Shown here one piece after another: positions 14,135-19,397 of a DNA stretch of 19,397 bases. The notes under the pieces were generated by a model. That model was not told where the DNA came from. It did no database searches and saw nothing but the letters and a program-made list of their open reading frames with translations. Position 1 is the stretch's first letter, and each line of letters opens with the position of its first letter. The stretch is from a bacterium (GTDB lineage: Bacteria; Hydrothermota; Tepidihabitantia; Tepidihabitantales; Tepidihabitantaceae). The DNA lies in the NCBI GenBank assembly GCA_046485285.1, contig JAWOHE010000026.1, positions 1 to 19,397 on the forward strand, read 5' to 3'. The position numbers and the translations under genes are program-made.

Positions 14135-15127
14135 ATGGCGACCGCTCCCGCGGAGCGGCTGGCCGGCCTGCTTGCCGGCCGGGTGCCGAGCGAGCCGCTG
14201 GTCTTCCCGTTGGTCGTCGCGGACCACGCGGCCCGGATCGCCGGGGTCGAGGTCGGCCGGGCGGCCCGGGACCCGAGCGTGCTCACCCGAGTCCTCGCCG
14301 CGGCCCGGGAGCGCTACCGCTACGATTGCGTGCTCGTGTTCGCGGACACGGTCGTCGAGGCCGAGGCGATGGGCGCGGCCGTCGAGCTGCCCGAGGATGA
14401 CAACGCTTTCTTCGTCGCGGCACCGGATACGGTGCGGACCGCGGACCCGGAGCGCGACGGCCGGATGCCGGTCGTCCTCGAAGCAGTGCGTCGGCTCCGG
14501 GATGAGCTGGACGAGTCGGTGCCGGTTCTCGGCTCGCTCAAGGGCCCGTTCTCGCTCGCGTCGTTCCTGGCCGGCATCGAGGACCTGCTCGGCGCGGTCA
14601 TCGCCAGCCCGGCCCGGGCCGTCCGCTTCCTTGACCTCGCACTCGACAACCAGGCCCGGTTCGCGGCCGCGATCTGCCGGGCTGGCGGCGTCCCGTTCAT
14701 CGGCGACCCGGTCGCATCGGGTTCGCTCATCGGGCCGGGGGTGTTCCGCCGGTTCGCCGCGCCCTACCTGTGCCGGCTGATTGAGGCGGTGCACGCGCTC
14801 GGCTCTCCCTGCGGCCTGCACGTCTGCGGCCGCACCCTTGACCTGCTGCCCGACATTGTCGCGACCGGTGCCGACATCCTGAGCATCGAGGAACCGGACC
14901 TCGCCGCGGCCCGGGCCAAGGTCGGGCCGGGCGTCGTGCTGATGGGCAGCGTGCCGACCGAGCTGGTGCGGAGCGGGACTGCGGCCGCGGTCCGGAACGA
15001 GGCCGCGCGGTGCCTTGCCGTGGCTGGCCCGCGGCTCATCTTGTCCACGGCCTGCGACGTGCCGGCCGACTCACCGATGGAGAATGTCGCCGCCATCGTC
15101 GCCGCAGCACGGGAGGCGAAGCCGTGA
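14135..15127 (+). CDS. MtaA/CmuA-type (UroD superfamily) methylcobamide methyltransferase
   Basis: VEAEAMGA, GRMPVVLEA, GPFSLA, DPVASGSLI; Zn-ligand motifs LHVCG and STACD. Confidence 0.88.
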   Translation: MATAPAERLAGLLAGRVPSEPLVFPLVVADHAARIAGVEVGRAARDPSVLTRVLAAARERYRYDCVLVFADTVVEAEAMGAAVELPEDDNAFFVAAPDTVRTADPERDGRMPVVLEAVRRLRDELDESVPVLGSLKGPFSLASFLAGIEDLLGAVIASPARAVRFLDLALDNQARFAAAICRAGGVPFIGDPVASGSLIGPGVFRRFAAPYLCRLIEAVHALGSPCGLHVCGRTLDLLPDIVATGADILSIEEPDLAAARAKVGPGVVLMGSVPTELVRSGTAAAVRNEAARCLAVAGPRLILSTACDVPADSPMENVAAIVAAAREAKP

Positions 15128-16524
15128 GCCGCGCGGTGACGCTACGGCCGGCGCGGGGCCGGAGTCTGCTGGCGCTGTTGGCGGACGTCGGTATCGAGGT
15201 GGCTTCGGACTGCGGCGGCAACGGGACCTGCGGGAAGTGCCTGGTCCGGGTCCAGGAGGAGGCCGGGCCGCGCTGGGTGCTGGCCTGCCGTTTCGTCCCC
15301 GGCGCGCCGGTGCGGGTTGAATTCCCGGCCGTTCGCGCGCGGGGGGCGGGTGCCGCCGGCCGCCCGCGGCCGGCGCGGGGCCGGCTGACTCTGGCGCTTG
15401 ACCTCGGCACGACCGCGCTGTCCCTGGCCGCGGTTGAGGCCGACAGCGGTCGGGTCGTCCGCCGCCGGGAGATGCTCAACCCCCAGGTCGCGTTCGGCGC
15501 CGACGTGATGACCAGGATTGCCCGGGCCCGGGAAGTCCGATGCCTGGACCTGCTCGGCCCGGTCCGGGAGTTCGCCGCGGAAGCAGGCATCAGTCCCCGG
15601 CGCCGGGTCGTGGCGGTCGGCAACACGACGATGATGCACTTCCTGCTCGGAGCGAACCCGGCCGGGCTCGGCCGCTGGCCGTACCGCTCGCGCCTGCCGC
15701 TGGGCCGGGAGATACGCGGTCGGACGGTCGGCGAGCCGGCGCTGCCGGTGCTGGTGTTGCCGCTGCTTGGCGGGTTCGTCGGGGCGGACTGCACCGCCGC
15801 GATTGCGGCCGCGGGGATGCACCGTCGGCGCGGGCTCGGCCTGCTGGTCGACGCCGGCACCAATGGCGAGATCGTGCTGGGCGACCGGGACGGCATCCTC
15901 GTCTGTTCGACCGCGGCCGGACCGGCCTTCGAGGGCGCGGCGCTCGAGTGCGGAGGCCTCGCCCGGCCCGGTGCGGTCCGCGACGTCGCGCCAGCCGGCA
16001 ACGGCTTCTCGGTCCGGACCGTCGGCAACCGGCCGGCCCGGGCGATCTGCGGCTCGGGCGTGCTGGCCGCGGTCGCGGCTGCGCTCGCCAGCCAACGGCT
16101 CAGGCGGGACGGCCGCATCGCCCGGGGTCGCCGGCTCTTGCTGGCGGACGAGGTCTGGCTGTCCCAGGCCGACCTGCGCGCGGTCCAGCTCGCCAAGTCC
16201 GCCGTCGCCACCGGCATCCGGATCCTGCTGGCCGAGCGCGGCGCCCGGGTCACCGACATCAAGCGGGTGTTCCTTGCCGGCAGGTTCGGCTCGGCGATCA
16301 ACCCGGAGCACGCGGTCGCCATCGGCCTGCTGCCGGCCGGTCCGCCGGTGACGCGCGGCGGCAACCTCGCCCTGCGCGGCGCGGTCCGGGCCGCGGTCGA
16401 GCCCGCGTTCCGGCGCGAGCTGGCCGGGGTCGTGCGACTCTGCCGGGAGGTCGAGCTCAGCAGTCACCCGGACTTCGAGGACCGGTTTCTCAATGATTTC
16501 ACCCTCGCGCGATGGGAATCCTGA
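15124..16524 (+). CDS. ATP-dependent reductive activator of corrinoid proteins (RACo/DUF4445, ASKHA fold, N-terminal 2Fe-2S)
   Basis: CGGNGTCGKC...LAC; DLGTT; NPQVAFGADVMTRI; VGNTTM; GGFVGAD; DAGTNGEI; STAAGPAFEG; ICGSG; QLAKSA; GTGA overlap and RBS GGGAGG. Confidence 0.92.
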   Translation: MSRAVTLRPARGRSLLALLADVGIEVASDCGGNGTCGKCLVRVQEEAGPRWVLACRFVPGAPVRVEFPAVRARGAGAAGRPRPARGRLTLALDLGTTALSLAAVEADSGRVVRRREMLNPQVAFGADVMTRIARAREVRCLDLLGPVREFAAEAGISPRRRVVAVGNTTMMHFLLGANPAGLGRWPYRSRLPLGREIRGRTVGEPALPVLVLPLLGGFVGADCTAAIAAAGMHRRRGLGLLVDAGTNGEIVLGDRDGILVCSTAAGPAFEGAALECGGLARPGAVRDVAPAGNGFSVRTVGNRPARAICGSGVLAAVAAALASQRLRRDGRIARGRRLLLADEVWLSQADLRAVQLAKSAVATGIRILLAERGARVTDIKRVFLAGRFGSAINPEHAVAIGLLPAGPPVTRGGNLALRGAVRAAVEPAFRRELAGVVRLCREVELSSHPDFEDRFLNDFTLARWES

Positions 16525-17663
16525 GTCACGCCGCGTTCCTCGCCCGGCTCGAGGCCCGGGCGCATGAGCTTGCCGCGCTGCGCTCCCGGGGCCGGCGGGT
16601 TGTCGCCTGCGTGTCGGGCCACGCGCCGCACGAACTGGTCCGGGCGGCCGGCGCGATACCGGTCCGGCTGCTGGCCGGCGGGCAGCCGGCGGAGACCCGC
16701 GGCGAGCGCTGGCTTCGGTCCGACGCCTGCGCGGTCTGTCTGAGCACGGTCGCGAACCTCGACCCGGCCGGGCCGGCCGACACGTTCCACGCGCAGGTTG
16801 ACGCCTTCCTGTCGGTGAACGCCTGCGACCTGTTGCGTCGCATGCCCGAGTCGCTCAACCGTTACCTCCAGCTACCGGTATTCGAGCTCTACCTGCCGCG
16901 CGGGTCCGAGGCCCTGCCCAGCCGGCTGGCAGCCTTCCGGCGGGAGCTGGCCCGGGTCGCGGCTGAAGTAGCCGCTTTCGCGGGCACGGCCTTCGACCCG
17001 GAACGGCTGGGCCGGGAAATTGCGGCCGCGAACCAGGTCCGCCGCCGGTTGCGCGAGTTCGATGCGGGCCGCCGGGCTGACCGGCCCGAGGTCAGCCTCT
17101 CCGACATACTCAACCTCGTTGCGCTCGCCGGCGTGCTCGAGCCGGAGGCGATGTTCAAACTGCTCTCCGCAACCGGCGAGCGTCCTGAGCCGCGTACCGG
17201 AAGCCGCCCCCGTCCCCGGCTGATGCTCTGCGGCAGCGAAATCGCCTGGCAGGACCGCTGGCTGGTCGAGTTGCTGGAGGAGCGGGCTGACATCGTGACC
17301 GACCTGCTCGACACCGCCAGCCTCTGGTTCGCAGAGGACTGCGTGCCTAGGCGTTTCGAGGCGGACTGCCCGGAGCAGGGCGACCCGCTCGACGCGCTGG
17401 CCCGGCATTACTACTCGTTCCCGACCGCGGTCTGGCGACGGCCCAGCGATGCGGTTTTCGCGCTAGCCCGGCAGCGCGCGGCCGAGGCCAGGGTGGACGG
17501 GGTCGTGCTCAAGACGTTGCTCTACTGCGACCCGTGGAGCTTCGAGTCTGCCCGGCTCAAGGCCGCGCTCGAACGGCCCTTCCTGCACATTGACGGGACC
17601 TACTCGTCCGAGAACCGGGAGCAGCTTCGCACCCGGGTCGAGGCGTTCCTGGAGGAGCTGTGA
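16512..17663 (+). CDS. 2-hydroxyacyl-CoA dehydratase / benzoyl-CoA reductase (HgdB/FldB-C) family Fe-S subunit
   Basis: PHELVRAAGAIPVRL, DACAVC, NACDLLRR, VDGVV....YCDPW, EQLRTRVEAFLE. Confidence 0.88.
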   Translation: MGILSHAAFLARLEARAHELAALRSRGRRVVACVSGHAPHELVRAAGAIPVRLLAGGQPAETRGERWLRSDACAVCLSTVANLDPAGPADTFHAQVDAFLSVNACDLLRRMPESLNRYLQLPVFELYLPRGSEALPSRLAAFRRELARVAAEVAAFAGTAFDPERLGREIAAANQVRRRLREFDAGRRADRPEVSLSDILNLVALAGVLEPEAMFKLLSATGERPEPRTGSRPRPRLMLCGSEIAWQDRWLVELLEERADIVTDLLDTASLWFAEDCVPRRFEADCPEQGDPLDALARHYYSFPTAVWRRPSDAVFALARQRAAEARVDGVVLKTLLYCDPWSFESARLKAALERPFLHIDGTYSSENREQLRTRVEAFLEEL

Positions 17664-19168
17664 CCGGCCTGCCCGCGCCCAGGCAGGCGGGCCTGTCTGC
17701 GTGCGGACCCGCACCCGCAGGCTGGCAGGACCCGCCCGCGGCCCGGGTCGATTTCGATGAATGGGCCGGGCTGTTCGAGGCCGTGCCTGGCGAGCTGGTC
17801 GAGCGCTACCGCTACTACCGCCGCGACCAACTGGCGTCCGGCGGGCTCCGGCCGTGGTCGACCTACCTGTTCCCGCCCCAGTCCTTCGCGGTCTACGGCG
17901 CGCGCCACCTCGCCCGGCTCAGGTTCGACAATTCGCTGGCCGCGCTCCGGCTCTGGGGTTTCGTCCAGTCGGAGAGCGAGCGGCTGTTCCGCGCCCGCCA
18001 GCTCGGCCGCAGAGTGGTCGCGACGATGGGCGACCTCGGCGCGCTGCCGGTGCTGGTCAATTCGTTCCCGGAGCTGGTCGCGTTCTACCCGGACTGCACC
18101 TGGTGGACGCCGTTCGCGATGGAGAGCACGGTCCTGCTCGACGCCGCGGCCCGCGAGGGCATCGGCGAGGCGACCTGCTTTTCCCGCGCCGCGCTCGGCG
18201 CGTTCGCCAAGCACGCCTACTTCCCGGACCCGGACCTGGTCATCGCCTCATCAGGCGCGTCCTGCGACGACTTTGCCGGGGTCGAGCAGCTTGCCGCCGG
18301 CCATGCCCGTTCGGTGCTCTGGCTCGAGGAGCCGCTGCGCCGGGACTGCGGCGCGAGCTGTACGCAGGGGACTGCGCGCCCAGGCGTTTCGAGAACGGCC
18401 GGCGGCGTGCCTTACGAGCCCGCGGCCCGGGAGCTGTTGGTCCGCGAGTACGAGCGCGCGCTCGGCCGTCTCGAGGAGCGCGCCGGCCGGCGCATCGGCG
18501 AGGATGAGCTCCGCGCCGGCATCCGCCGGGCCAATACGGTCCGGGCGCTGGCCCGCCGGGTCCGGGAACTCGCCTACGCGGACGCGGCCCTGCCCGCGCT
18601 GGAGACGATGCTCGTCGAGTTCGGCTGCCTGCACGGCTACTCGGACTTCGAGGAGTGGCAGGACATACTCGAACAGCTCGTCGCGACCGGCGCGGCCCGG
18701 CGCGACCGGGGTGAGCGGGTACGGCCGCCGGACGCTCTGCGCGTCGGCTGGGTGTCGCCGCCCGCCGACCCGCTGTTCCTCGTCCACGTCGAAGACCGGG
18801 GCGCCCGGGTCGTCGCCAGCGAGTACGTCATCAACCAGGCGCTCGAGCCGATCGACGAGACGAAGCCGCCGCTCGAGGCGGTCGCCGAGTCGTTCCTCGC
18901 CGCCTCGCTCATCGGCAGTTCGCGCGCCCGGGCCGCGACGGTCATCGCCGAGGCGCGCCGGAACCGGGCCGAGGGATTTATCATCTCCGGGATTCTCGGC
19001 GGCTCGCACTGCGCGATGGAGACCCGGCTCATCGCCGATTCGGTCCGGGAGGAACTCGGCCTGCCGGTGCTGGACTTCGACGTGCCGCCCCCGGCCCGCG
19101 AGATCAACCGCCAGCTCGCGACGCGGATAGACGCCTTCCTCGAGGTCGTCCGGGAGCGCCGGGGATGA
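17660..19168 (+). CDS. Second, N-terminally extended HgdB/dehydratase-family Fe-S subunit
   Basis: FYPDC, EATCFSRA, GASCDD, EGFIISG...SHCAME, LGLPVLDFD, QLATRIDAFLE; GTGA overlap and RBS GGAGGAG. Confidence 0.82.
   Translation: MTGLPAPRQAGLSACGPAPAGWQDPPAARVDFDEWAGLFEAVPGELVERYRYYRRDQLASGGLRPWSTYLFPPQSFAVYGARHLARLRFDNSLAALRLWGFVQSESERLFRARQLGRRVVATMGDLGALPVLVNSFPELVAFYPDCTWWTPFAMESTVLLDAAAREGIGEATCFSRAALGAFAKHAYFPDPDLVIASSGASCDDFAGVEQLAAGHARSVLWLEEPLRRDCGASCTQGTARPGVSRTAGGVPYEPAARELLVREYERALGRLEERAGRRIGEDELRAGIRRANTVRALARRVRELAYADAALPALETMLVEFGCLHGYSDFEEWQDILEQLVATGAARRDRGERVRPPDALRVGWVSPPADPLFLVHVEDRGARVVASEYVINQALEPIDETKPPLEAVAESFLAASLIGSSRARAATVIAEARRNRAEGFIISGILGGSHCAMETRLIADSVREELGLPVLDFDVPPPAREINRQLATRIDAFLEVVRERRG
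17666..17695. repeat. 24-bp hairpin element in frame near the gene 5' end (GLPAPRQA)
   Basis: GGCCTG-CCCGCGCCCAGGCAGGCG-GGCCTG. Confidence 0.9.
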
Positions 19169-19397
19169 GTGCGGGCCTGCCCGCGCCCAGGCAGGCGGGC
19201 CTGCTCACGCCCCGCGAGCGGTTCGGCCTGCTGGTCATCGACGAGCCGCAGGACCGGGTGCCGGTCTACCCGCTGGTCACGGTCCACGCCTGCCGGGTCG
19301 CGGGCATCACGGTCCGCGAGTACGTCACCGACGGCGTCGCGCTCGCCCGGGCCCAGCTCGCGGCCCAGGAGCGCTACGGCCACGACTTCATCTCGGT
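19165..19397 (+). CDS. Second MtaA/UroD-family methyltransferase (5' portion; runs off the window; absent from the ORF track)
   Basis: Manual translation MSAGLPAPRQAGLLTPRERF...DRVPVYPLVTVHACRVAGITVREYVTDGVALARAQLAAQERYGHDFIS; ATGA overlap. Confidence 0.85.
   Translation, partial: MSAGLPAPRQAGLLTPRERFGLLVIDEPQDRVPVYPLVTVHACRVAGITVREYVTDGVALARAQLAAQERYGHDFIS
19171..19204. repeat. 24-bp hairpin element in frame near the gene 5' end
   Basis: GCGGGCCTGC-CCGCGCCCAGGCAG-GCGGGCCTGC. Confidence 0.9.

Noticed and set aside
13478-16524. HgcAB mercury methylation, methionine synthase or a pyrrolysine methylamine system
   Set aside because: The corrinoid protein has His-on DxHxxG rather than the HgcA NVWCAAGK cap helix; no MetH domains; no MttB-like gene or in-frame TAG seen

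Overview
GC-rich (~70%) bacterial chromosomal window, probably from an anaerobe. The secreted Asp-box protein with a T9SS-like tail is suggestive of candidate phylum WOR-3 or a relative (inference only). Left to right: a PpiD/SurA-like chaperone; five tRNA genes (Glu, Gly, Cys, Leu, Lys); an accessory patch behind tRNA-Lys; an ornithine decarboxylase plus deoxyhypusine-synthase-like (SpeY-type) polyamine pair; a BNR-repeat secreted protein; a small membrane protein; a K+/H+ antiporter bracketed by a 48-bp direct repeat; and a ThiN plus AIR-synthase-family pair. The accessory patch holds a four-helix-bundle gene framed by inverted heptamer arrays and a 16-bp tRNA 3' duplication, an XRE-HTH remnant and a ~407-bp near-perfect palindrome with a G5x4 core. 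The right third is an uncharacterised cluster: FTR-like protein, SAM methyltransferase, corrinoid protein, two MtaA/UroD-family methyltransferases, a RACo-type activator and two HgdB/2-hydroxyacyl-CoA-dehydratase-family Fe-S proteins. A 24-bp hairpin element occurs at 8 loci, three of them in frame inside genes. Many promoters sit directly on start codons (leaderless-type). All calls are by eye and by motif recognition; no searches were run.
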